Positions 1-9,060 of a stretch of 64,000 nucleotides of DNA are shown piece by piece. Numbering within the stretch: position 1 is the stretch's first letter; each line of letters begins with the position of its first letter. The notes beneath the pieces were generated by a model. It made no database searches, was not told the DNA's origin, and saw only the letters and a list, made by a program, of their open reading frames with translations. Source of the DNA: Lentisphaeria bacterium (GTDB lineage Bacteria; Verrucomicrobiota; Lentisphaeria; JABSQK01; JAWLHB01); assembly GCA_041690595.1 (NCBI GenBank), contig JAWLHB010000046.1, positions 1 to 64,000 on the forward strand, written 5' to 3'. A program made the translations under genes and the position numbers.

Positions 1-606
1 GCGACAGACGTGGGTCACGAAGTTGGATTCGAAGGGATGTCGTCCACTTTCGTGCCAATGCCCCCAGTCGCTGAAGCGATAGTCGGCAGGATCGTTGACC
101 ATCTTCGCGCGCACAGGATTGAGGATGATGTACTTGATGGCGTTCCACAGGGCCATGCCGCGTTGGAGGATGACGCTCTTGAACCTGCCGGCCCACAGCG
201 CGCCGCGGCGCCGGATGGGGCGGCTCTTGTTGAACCAGACCGTGAAACGCTGCTGCAGATCGTGCATGAAGTAACTGATGTCATTGAGGCGAGGCGCCAG
301 CTCGGCGGCGATGGGCGAGTCGGCAGTGATGGGATGCCTGTCCTTGTAGAACTTGTTGTAGCGGCGGGCGGTTTCCTTCCGGCTCGGAGGTTCGCCGGGA
401 GCATAAAGTGTGAGGTGAAAATGATTGCACATGACGCAAAGACTTACGAGCTGCAGTGAATACAGCTTGCTCAAGGAATGCACCTGACTCTCGAACTTCT
501 GTTTTTCAATCTTACCAAAGGGCCGGTCCTTATCGCTACCTGCCGTTCGATTTGTCAGATGATAGTAGCAACCACCGCCCTGATGCTTCGTCCGCGCCAT
601 TCGCAT
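1..606 (-). mobile_element. REP-associated tyrosine transposase (RAYT / Y1_Tnp, IS200-like HUH nuclease), 3' end off the window
   Basis: Manual translation from ATG at 606 (RBS GAAGGGG upstream): MRMARTKHQGGGCYYHLTNR...CVMCNHFHL (HUH)...DISYFMHDLQQRFTVWFN...GALWAGRFKSVIL...YIILNPVRAKMVNDPADYRFSDW. Not in the ORF track because it runs off the edge. Confidence 0.9.
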
Positions 607-776
607 CGTCTACCCCCTTCTGTTGTAGGTATGACCGTAATTTTGCCGCCAGAGTCACAGTTGTCAAGAGCAAACAGGATAAAGTTGTCATTAGTATCCC
701 AATCATGTTGAAATGGGTTAAGGAGGTAGCTCAAGCCGCATCTGTAGCCACCGACAGAGCTACCACGCAAGCGAAT

Positions 777-937
777 GTACCTGTCCCCGGGCTGAGGGAA
801 GTACCTGTCCCCGGGCTGAGGTGAGGGACGTACCTGTCCCCGCGCTGAGGTGAGGGAAGTACCTGTCCCCGCGCTGAGGCGAGGGACGTACCTGTCCCCG
901 CGCTGAGGCGAGGGACGTACCTGTCCCCGCGCTGAGG
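777..937 (+). repeat. Tandem array of 6 GTACCTGTCCCCG(G/C)GCTGAGG units, REP-like
   Basis: GTAC starts at 777, 801, 830, 859, 888, 917 (period 24, then 29). Junctions of the form GGGAC-GTACCT-GTCCC can form hairpins. Confidence 0.95.
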
Positions 938-1069
938 ATACCTTTGGTTGCGGCCAACGACCGCGCCAGGCACTTCGTCCACTTTGTCCTTTTCATCCTG
1001 CCATCACGATAATATCTTCTCTCGATGCTCCGGACAACGCCCGACCTACTCCTCCTGAAGGTTGCCAGC

Positions 1070-1330
1070 ATGGAAGTTGAAGTGAGAATGCCCGACTTGT
1101 CAATCAGTGGCCACCCCATCAAACTGCTCGCGTGGCTGGTCGAGGAAGGCGAGATGGTCAGTCGCGGTCAACCACTCCTCGAGATCGAGGCCGACAAGTC
1201 GATCATGGAAGTCGAGGCTGCCATCGCCGGCAAACTCACGGCAATTCTGGCGCAGGAAAGCCAGGAGGTCGAGGTGGGAGATCCCATTGCGCGACTACAC
1301 CAAACCGGAGATTACTGCCGAGCCGGCTGA
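1070..1330 (+). CDS. Stand-alone biotin/lipoyl-attachment domain protein
   Basis: MEVEVRMPDL...WLVEEGEMVSRGQPLLEIEADKSIMEVEAAIAGKL: lipoyl-domain motif with the DK lysine. Confidence 0.85.
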   Translation: MEVEVRMPDLSISGHPIKLLAWLVEEGEMVSRGQPLLEIEADKSIMEVEAAIAGKLTAILAQESQEVEVGDPIARLHQTGDYCRAG

Positions 1331-1504
1331 TTGGCAGGTGCTCAAGGAACATCCCCTTCAACATCCCGCGTCCCCCGCGCCTTCCTCAGTGGCCTCTGAG
1401 ACCTCTGTGGCAAATCTCCCCGCGTCCCCACGCCGATCTTTTGCGGATTCGACTTTCCAGCGGCGGTCCTCGCGTTCTATTATGGGAACCATTGGAGGCT
1501 GTAC

Positions 1505-2071
1505 GTGAGCATGGGGGATAAGGCACCACAACTGCGGATGATCCGGCCACACCTGCTTCACCTACCACAGTTGGAGCTTCCCGAGCCTTACCATCTCACG
1601 CATTGGCAATTGGGATGGGAGGAACACTGGACCCGAATAATCGCCAGTTCCTTCGGGGCGACCAGAGAGCAGTACGCGTTCGATCGTGTGATGAGGATCG
1701 ATACCGCCTTCGCGCCCGAGCGTATTCTCTTTCTCTGCCATGAAGATGAGCCGGTTGCGACAGCCTCTGCCTGGTACAATCCAAGCTATCGGCGGGAAGT
1801 CGGTATTCTTCATTACGTGGGGGTCCTTCCGGAGCATCAAGGCAAGCGACTTGGCTACGCGATCTGCCTTGCCGCTCTGCATCGCATGGTGCAGGAGCGC
1901 CGCGTCCGCGCCTCTTTGCTGACGGATGATTTTCGCCTCGCCGCCATCAAGACGTACCTGCGGCTGGGTTTTGTTCCGGAAGTCGCCGGTGACGCCTCTT
2001 TTGCCCAGCGCTGGCAGGCTCTTTTCAAGCACATCGGTCAACCGGAACTGGCCAAACGATTCCTGCGTTGA
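1505..2071 (+). CDS. GNAT family N-acetyltransferase
   Basis: Acetyl-CoA motif A (VGVLPEHQGKRLG) and AAIKTYLRLGF. Confidence 0.9.
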   Translation: MSMGDKAPQLRMIRPHLLHLPQLELPEPYHLTHWQLGWEEHWTRIIASSFGATREQYAFDRVMRIDTAFAPERILFLCHEDEPVATASAWYNPSYRREVGILHYVGVLPEHQGKRLGYAICLAALHRMVQERRVRASLLTDDFRLAAIKTYLRLGFVPEVAGDASFAQRWQALFKHIGQPELAKRFLR

Positions 2072-2262
2072 AAGTATGACGCCTGATATCCTTTCAGCGT
2101 GAGTGAGATGGAGGAACCCGCCGCATCGAAATTGATTTTGAGTTAATGCTGTACGCGGATAGAGTAAATACAACACAAGCCACCGAACCGAACTCCTATC
2201 TGCGTGTCTGAGCAGAAGCGGCGGGGGCCAGCAATCACTGCACACTGGTAAGGTGGAATTGA

Positions 2263-5200
2263 ATGAGGACTCTCCCCGTTTCTCTCGCAGGTATGGCGCT
2301 CAAGTTGGTCGTGATCGGTCTTTGTGTCTGCACAAGCAGCCTGGCAGTACCCGCGGCGCCGGGAGAACTGGAAGTGGAGCAGCCCGACGGTACCCGATTG
2401 CGGATCCAGTTGCGAGGTGACGAATACCTGCACTGGCACGAGGATGCGGCAGGATATCCGGTGACTCGCCATGAAAAGACGCGCGCCTGGCACTATGCCT
2501 TTCTGCGCGGTGGGCGGATCGAGGCTACTCCTTACGTGGCGGGCGAGCCGATGCGGGCAGCGCGGTTGGGCATACAGCGTCTGGATAGTGAGCAGCTGCG
2601 TGAGGCACGCAAGGAGGCCCTCGACCGTCGGAAGATGGCCGCGCCCGACGGAGATTCAACCGCCGCGGCTGGAACGGATTCCCCCGCCAGGACGATCACC
2701 AGCGGGACGCTTCAGAATCTGGTCCTGCTGGTGGATTTTCCGGATCTGTCGGCACCTTTTCCCGCGGCTGACTACGGTCGGCTCTTCAACACGATCGGCT
2801 ATACGGATGATGGCGCGGTCGGTTCCGTGAAGGACTATTACCTTGAAGTGTCCAATGGCGCCCTGACGATCCAGTCGACCGTGGTGGAATGGATAACGGC
2901 CGATAACAACTTCGCGCACTATGGCGAGAACGTTAATGGAGAAGACATTCGCCCGCGGGAGCTGGTGGCGGAAGCGCTGGCCAAGCTGGAAGCGCGCGGC
3001 TTCGATTTCCGACAGGTGGATGGCGATAGTGATGGTTATATCGACGGATTGACCGTCATTCACGCTGGCGGCGGAGAGGAGTTCACGGGAAACAACTCCG
3101 ACTACATCTGGTCGCACAAGTGGGCGCTTCAGAGCCAGGTCACCTATGATGGGGTACGGATGCAGCTCTACAACATCAACCATGGTCGGCGGGGGTGGGA
3201 CAGCCAACCCACCTCTCAAGGGATTACGCGGATCGGAGTGATCTCCCACGAAACCGGTCATTTTCTGGGCCTTCCGGACCTCTACGATACGGACGGAACC
3301 AGCTCGGGAGCCGGCGCCTTCTGCCTGATGGCTGGCGGCTCATGGAACGGCAATAACGGAACCAGCCCCGCCCACATGAGTGCATGGTGCAAGCAGCTCC
3401 TTGGCTGGATCACGGTGCAGCCGATCACTGTCGCCAATACTTACAGCCTCGCCGACGTAACCGACTCCCAGCGGTGCTTCAAGCTCAAGGGCGGACTCAG
3501 TGGCAGCGAGTACTTTCTGATCGAAAACAGGTTCGGAGGTGGCTTTGATGCAGGGCTTCCCGGAAGTATCCGTGGTCTGCTGATCTGGCATATTGACGAT
3601 AGCCTGACGGATAATCGCAATGAAAACCACTATTGGGTAGATCTGGAAGAGGCTGACGGGCCGCAGGATTTACAGAGCGGAGACAACAATGGCAACGACA
3701 ACGACTACTGGCGCGCCGGCAATGCCACGGAATTCAGCAGCACGACGACACCCAGCTCCAATGGCTATGATGGTGCACCGCTCGGCTTGATTGTCAGCAG
3801 CATTGGCACTGCCGGTCCCACCATGAGTCTGACGATTTCCTCGGATGTGACAGTTTATGACTACACCGTCAGCACCGTCGGCGCCAACCAGACAGCGGGA
3901 GTGCCATTTCCCGTGACGATTACCGCCCTCGGTTTCGATGGCCAGCTTCTGAGCAATTATCAGCAAGCCGCCGATGATCCGGCACTGCCCGATCTCTCTC
4001 TCCGCGAGCGGACCGAGCGCACGGTAGGTGTCTACGGCGGACTTCCGCATTACTATTATCCGCTGGACACCTTATACGAAGATGCCCGTACGCAGGTCAT
4101 CTACACATCTGAGCAGATCGGTGCAGCGGGTCCGATGACAGGATTGGCCCTTCATGTCACTCTGGTGCCGAGCCAACCACTGGAAAACTGGACGATACGC
4201 ATCAAGCACACCGACAAGACCGGCTACGGAGATAGCGCGGCCTGGGAGAACTCGGGTTGGACCACCGTCCTCAGCACGAACAGCACCACGATCACGAGTA
4301 CAGGCTGGATCTGGTTCGACTTCACCACCCCGTTCAGCTACGATGGCACCAGCAACCTGATGGTCGACTTCAGCTTCAACGCAGATTCGTTTACAAACAG
4401 CGGCAATGTGGCAGTCTTCGCCACCCCCGAGAACCGTGGATTGAGCGCCAGTTCCGACAGCCTCCATGGGGATCCGCTGACGTGGAACACCATCGAAGAC
4501 AATGACACCACCACGGTCGACACCAAGGTGCCGTTGCTCATGCTGGAGTTTTCCTCCCTCGTTGCAGCCGGCATCAGCGCCGGGTCGGGCTTCGTCGACG
4601 GGATCTGGCGGGCGACCATAACGCCGGAAGCAGGGGGCAGTGGAGTCGTCGTTAGCGTTTTCGACGAGGAAAACGACCTGACGGCGCGCAGCAACGCGTT
4701 CAACATCGCGGTCAACCCGGTCATGCAGGTCAGCGGCAACGGAACGACCATCGTCAAGGGGGATACTACCCCCAGTGCCGATGACCATACGGATTTCGGC
4801 AGTGCCGGCATCCTGACCGGCAGTGTCGCCCGCACCTTCACGATCGCCAACAACGGCTATGGCGATCTGGTACTGAGCGGGAACCCACCAGTAGCTGTTT
4901 CCGGTACCCATGCCGGTGATTTTGCCGTTACCTCGGCCCCCCTGAGCCCCGTTGCCGGGCAGACGAGCACGACTTTCACCCTTGTCTTCGATCCATCGGG
5001 AACAGGTACGCGCAACGCCTCCCTTTCCATCGCCAACAATGCTCCGGGCTCCCCATTCACCTTCGCAATCCGCGGCGAGGGGAGTGCGGAAGTGGCGGGT
5101 GTCACCATCAACGATGTCGCGGCCGACGAAGGCGACAATGCGATCTTCACCGTGGAACTCAGCGCCGCGCCGCTCTCCACGGTGACCGTCGATTACACGA

Positions 5201-6819
5201 CCGAAGATGGCACTGCCCTTGGCGGGAGCGACTACACCGCAACCTCAGGCAGCCTCTCCTTCCCCGCCGGCCAGCGGACCCGCACGATCACCGTGCCCAC
5301 GACGGATGATGCGCTCCTGGAGGAGAGCGAGACCTTCACGGTGCGCCTGACGGCCGCCACCAACGCCGTCATCGTCGACGCAACCGGCACCGGAACCATC
5401 ATCAATACCGATGTGCCTGCTCTTTTCCTCGCGCTCGCCCCCTCCACCATCTCCGAGAGCGCCGGATCCGGCGCATCGATTGGCACCGTTTCACGCAATC
5501 ACACGGCCGGCTCCCTCGCCGTGGCGCTGACCGGAAGTGACGAAAGTGAGGCGATTGTCCCTGCTGGTGTCACCATTCCAGATGGCCAATCGACCGCCAC
5601 CTTCGCCATCGATGCGGTCGACGACGACGATCAGGACGGGACCATCAGCGTCACCATCGCCGCCACGGCCGCTGCCCATGCCGGTGCCATGACGGTACTG
5701 CGGGTCACCAGCGACGAACATGTTACCAACGTCGTCTACACCTACACCGTACGCGGCATGCGATATGGCAACGGATCTGTCGCGGTATCGGGAAGCGGCT
5801 ATTGCATCGTCGATCTGACCACGGGGCTGGCCACCACCCTTGTGGCCTACACCGACGGCAGCAGCGATATCCGGGACTGGGATAGCGGTGGCCTCTGGTA
5901 CATCGGCGATATCGGCGCGAGCGACTACTGGTTCCTGACGACTGAGCCGAACTACGGGGCCGCGCCGTCCACTGCGTCCGCCTTTGGCTACCGGCAACTG
6001 TATGGCAGCATCCATCCCTCCATCGTGCCTCTCGGGGGGCAGATGGAGGGCTTCGTTTGCGCGGCACTGTCGGGCGTCGGCCGCTCGGGCCAGACCGCCG
6101 CCGGCACCACCTTCGAAACCGTCACGCTGACGGCGCGCATCGACCTGCCGCTCACGCGATCGTACAACGATGCCTTCTCCTCGCACGCGACCGTGGTCAG
6201 CGCCCTGGCGACCAACGCCGGCATCACCTCGGCGTCTTCGACGGTGGCGGATCTCGTCTCGCCCGATGTGGCGCCTGCCGCGGCGGACGCAAAGGCGCTC
6301 TACAGCCTGAGCCTGAACGGCCTGAACGCCGGCAATGGAAGCGTCCTCTCGCATGCCAGGAACGGCTATCTGATCCTGGACTACGCCGCGAAAGAGGCTC
6401 GGATGATACTCAACTGGCGGCAGGGCAGCACGAACTACTATTCTGTCACGGAGCTGATGGTCGGCAGCACCTTCCAGTACACGCTGCCCCTCGGCCCCGG
6501 CTACCAGTTCTTTGGCGCCGTGGAGACGGAGGAAGATACTCGCGGCTTCTGGCTCGCCTATGGCAGCAACATGTCCCACGAGCTGGGTACAGGGGTCATG
6601 CAGACGGTCCCCTTCAGTTTCACCGGCGAACGCTGGAGCCATGTGGCCGAACCGGGAATCAACGGTCAGCGCAGTGGCGACTATACGCAGGAGACATTCC
6701 GCGCCAGCATCCATATCGGCACGCTGACGCTGAACGGACAAGGCATGAGCATGGACGACGCCCAGGACTACGTCATCCAGACGCTGCTTCCCCCCAACAG
6801 CCAACTCCAGACGGAATAA
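2263..6819 (+). CDS. Secreted M6-family (immune inhibitor A-like) metalloprotease with Ig-like/choice-of-anchor D and Calx-beta domains
   Basis: Signal peptide; QPDGT..GDEYLHW propeptide; HETGHFLGLPDLYD zinc motif; CLMAGGSWNG; EYFLIENR; DHTDFGS..RTFTIANNG..DLVL; Calx-beta TVTVDYTTEDGTA..SDY..DDALLEESETFTVRL. Confidence 0.9.
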   Translation: MRTLPVSLAGMALKLVVIGLCVCTSSLAVPAAPGELEVEQPDGTRLRIQLRGDEYLHWHEDAAGYPVTRHEKTRAWHYAFLRGGRIEATPYVAGEPMRAARLGIQRLDSEQLREARKEALDRRKMAAPDGDSTAAAGTDSPARTITSGTLQNLVLLVDFPDLSAPFPAADYGRLFNTIGYTDDGAVGSVKDYYLEVSNGALTIQSTVVEWITADNNFAHYGENVNGEDIRPRELVAEALAKLEARGFDFRQVDGDSDGYIDGLTVIHAGGGEEFTGNNSDYIWSHKWALQSQVTYDGVRMQLYNINHGRRGWDSQPTSQGITRIGVISHETGHFLGLPDLYDTDGTSSGAGAFCLMAGGSWNGNNGTSPAHMSAWCKQLLGWITVQPITVANTYSLADVTDSQRCFKLKGGLSGSEYFLIENRFGGGFDAGLPGSIRGLLIWHIDDSLTDNRNENHYWVDLEEADGPQDLQSGDNNGNDNDYWRAGNATEFSSTTTPSSNGYDGAPLGLIVSSIGTAGPTMSLTISSDVTVYDYTVSTVGANQTAGVPFPVTITALGFDGQLLSNYQQAADDPALPDLSLRERTERTVGVYGGLPHYYYPLDTLYEDARTQVIYTSEQIGAAGPMTGLALHVTLVPSQPLENWTIRIKHTDKTGYGDSAAWENSGWTTVLSTNSTTITSTGWIWFDFTTPFSYDGTSNLMVDFSFNADSFTNSGNVAVFATPENRGLSASSDSLHGDPLTWNTIEDNDTTTVDTKVPLLMLEFSSLVAAGISAGSGFVDGIWRATITPEAGGSGVVVSVFDEENDLTARSNAFNIAVNPVMQVSGNGTTIVKGDTTPSADDHTDFGSAGILTGSVARTFTIANNGYGDLVLSGNPPVAVSGTHAGDFAVTSAPLSPVAGQTSTTFTLVFDPSGTGTRNASLSIANNAPGSPFTFAIRGEGSAEVAGVTINDVAADEGDNAIFTVELSAAPLSTVTVDYTTEDGTALGGSDYTATSGSLSFPAGQRTRTITVPTTDDALLEESETFTVRLTAATNAVIVDATGTGTIINTDVPALFLALAPSTISESAGSGASIGTVSRNHTAGSLAVALTGSDESEAIVPAGVTIPDGQSTATFAIDAVDDDDQDGTISVTIAATAAAHAGAMTVLRVTSDEHVTNVVYTYTVRGMRYGNGSVAVSGSGYCIVDLTTGLATTLVAYTDGSSDIRDWDSGGLWYIGDIGASDYWFLTTEPNYGAAPSTASAFGYRQLYGSIHPSIVPLGGQMEGFVCAALSGVGRSGQTAAGTTFETVTLTARIDLPLTRSYNDAFSSHATVVSALATNAGITSASSTVADLVSPDVAPAAADAKALYSLSLNGLNAGNGSVLSHARNGYLILDYAAKEARMILNWRQGSTNYYSVTELMVGSTFQYTLPLGPGYQFFGAVETEEDTRGFWLAYGSNMSHELGTGVMQTVPFSFTGERWSHVAEPGINGQRSGDYTQETFRASIHIGTLTLNGQGMSMDDAQDYVIQTLLPPNSQLQTE

Positions 6820-6934
6820 GCCCAACCGCTCAGCGGAGGTCGCCCGATGCCCGAGCCCTCTTCTTCACATAAGTCCAACCCATTGCCGTCGGCCGCAGAA
6901 AGTCCGCCAAAAGATAACGATTCAAGTTTCGTCA

Positions 6935-7477
6935 TTAGTCCATAATCCCCCCTTGGACACCTGTATCAAGTGAGACCTTTAAATCAGCAGAAGGCATACT
7001 TGTCATTACCAAAGCAGCTTCCGTATCGAGAAGCAAGACATTGTGATATCCAGAATGGTGTGGATGCTTTTCGTACAGTATAATAACGCCGCGATCATAA
7101 TTGTTATAGCCAGAAATATACTTGTACGATGAAATATCCTTAACATAAAGTTCATGCATATTAATATTGCCACTGGCAGTATCCATTGGGCATACCAAAA
7201 CGTCATTACTAAAGAATGCTTTTTGCATAGCTTTCAACTGCAAGATACCAGAATAGTCATTCCCATTCGGAAACCATCCATCATAATCCTCCGAGTACAT
7301 AACCAAGGCACTTCTTAGCACACGTAAATTAGCTCGGCACCTGTTATTAGAATCTGCAGAGCGATCTTTGCATCCAATTACTTGAACCAAAAAGAAAAAT
7401 ACAACGCCAATGGCGGTTATCGATGCTGTCCCAAATGACATAGACGATTTTCTGTATACCAAATGGAACTTTGTCAT
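6935..7477 (-). CDS. Low-GC membrane-anchored pilin-head-like (DUF1559/H-X9-DG-related) protein
   Basis: Hydrophobic N-terminus (possible lipobox VIGC), then CRANLRVLRSALVMYSEDYDGWFP..LVCP..SSYKY..H..HNVLLLD. Visibly AT-rich. Start chosen by RBS AAGGGGG. Confidence 0.7.
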   Translation of the reverse strand: MTKFHLVYRKSSMSFGTASITAIGVVFFFLVQVIGCKDRSADSNNRCRANLRVLRSALVMYSEDYDGWFPNGNDYSGILQLKAMQKAFFSNDVLVCPMDTASGNINMHELYVKDISSYKYISGYNNYDRGVIILYEKHPHHSGYHNVLLLDTEAALVMTSMPSADLKVSLDTGVQGGIMD

Positions 7478-7988
7478 TTCGCAGCCCCCCTTGAAGTGTG
7501 CTATCAAAAGATAGTTAACCATTTTCCTCAGTAGTTGTGGTATTGGAGAGATGGCTACGGTCGACTGTATGGTCTGAATTGTGTAGAGACACTCCAAAAG
7601 GACTATTAATATAAGATTTCTCGCATGAACGACGAAATCGCAGCCTGATCCCCGATCAGCCGCTGATGCCAGATGCGGCTCAACCGCTTAAGCCCGCCGT
7701 ATGCCTTGCCGGTGCGCATCACATCCTCGCTACCGGGTGTTGACGCTTCGCTCCCGTTACTCATTAGTTGTTCGCCATGTGGAGCAATATGCTCATTCCT
7801 TCCGCCCTTTGTCAAGCAGGTTGAAACCGTGGATACCATGACTTCCTCCACGCAGCCCACTGAAAATAACCCGCAGCCGCGATGCGGCACACTGCCCTCC
7901 CCAAGCTTCATGCCCTTCCTGCTCTTCATGGTACAATCCCTCCGCGCTCGTCCCGCCAACCATCGCCCGGCAAGCCAAGCTCTTGCGA

Positions 7989-8579
7989 TCATTTGTCCTT
8001 GAGGCGCCTGACTGCCGGAATCTCGGCGACGCCTTCTTCCTCTATTGCGTTCATGACTAATTCCGCCAACCGCGCGCTCGATGCGTTGGAAATCTGCACT
8101 GCAGCGTTGTAGTACTTCGGGTTCTCCTCCGGCAGCAAGCCGAAGACGCAGTAGTCGCGCTCGCGTTCCATGCGTATACCAAAGACGTACGTCTCGTCAT
8201 CTGAAGAAACAACGGCCTTCACCATAAATTGCACGCCGAAGTGTTCGACACCGTGCAGGTAATAACCATAATGCCGCGTCGATTGTAGTTCGGCCACAAA
8301 CTTCGCTATCCGCTCTCTGTCAGTGACAGCAATATCTTTCCCTATCGTGTACACATCGTCCTGTCCATAGAAGATCGGCGCCAAACGAACCTGGTCGATC
8401 GTCTCAGGATCAACGGCCAGCCACTCGGCATGTATGGCGTCGTTCCTTTGTGAGGTCATCCACACGTCGCGTGCCATAAAGAATATACCCACCAGTATGA
8501 CGAGCATCAGCAATACGAAGATGATAACGTCGGTGCGCCTCGACCTGCCTGTGCGTGGAATGGAAGTCTTGCTATTCAT
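7989..8579 (-). CDS. Hypothetical protein with one N-terminal TM helix
   Basis: 196-aa ORF with TM segment VIIFVLLMLVILVGIFFMA; no recognised motif. Confidence 0.65.
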   Translation of the reverse strand: MNSKTSIPRTGRSRRTDVIIFVLLMLVILVGIFFMARDVWMTSQRNDAIHAEWLAVDPETIDQVRLAPIFYGQDDVYTIGKDIAVTDRERIAKFVAELQSTRHYGYYLHGVEHFGVQFMVKAVVSSDDETYVFGIRMERERDYCVFGLLPEENPKYYNAAVQISNASSARLAELVMNAIEEEGVAEIPAVRRLKDK

Positions 8580-8754
8580 TGGCTGTGGCGTGAGAGGACG
8601 GTTCCTCCGAAAAGCCTTGGCAAAGAGGCATGAGCGGGTACATCGAAAGTGGGAGTTGAGAGTATGCTATCTCAGCCAAATCTCGCTGTCAACCGCATCT
8701 TCGCTATTGAAGCATCACCATTCGAGGCGCTCACGTCGCCGGAAGGTTTGGGGG

Positions 8755-8995
8755 ACTCCCACGTTGTCGGACATGTCGAGGCTAAGGCCTTGGGTAATTG
8801 TGCTCACGTGGGGGGATGGCAATGGCAGGATAGGCAGAGGGTGGCGTGGCGAATGAGGGGATGGCGTCCAGGGAGTGGAAACGTGCAACGCCGGAGTCCG
8901 TCGGTGGACGGACGTAGCGGCCCTTCAGGCGAGTGGCGTGGCCACGATCAGGTCGCCGCTCAGAGAGCGGCTCACTATATAGAACTCCCACATTG
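8755..8995 (-). repeat. Composite REP-like dispersed element, copy A
   Basis: Reverse complement shares collinear blocks with 33655-33917, including an identical 29-mer TGAGCCGCTCTCTGAGCGGCGACCTGATC, CACGCCACTCGCCTGA and TCCCCCCACGTGAGCACA. Confidence 0.85.
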
Positions 8996-9060
8996 GCGGG
9001 GCATGGCAACCCGTGCTTTTTCATCGAGCCGGGGTATACTACAAAGAGCAGCGAATCGCC

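Noticed and set aside
10..824. Track ORFs 10..459, 15..404 and 456..824 as genes
   Set aside because: They are shadows of the minus-strand RAYT frame, which carries the family motifs.
777..937. CRISPR array
   Set aside because: 29-bp units are contiguous with no unique spacers, and no cas genes are present.
6820..8750. Integron cassette array
   Set aside because: No intI and no recognisable attC (RYYYAAC..GTTRRRY with paired L boxes) around the low-GC ORFs.
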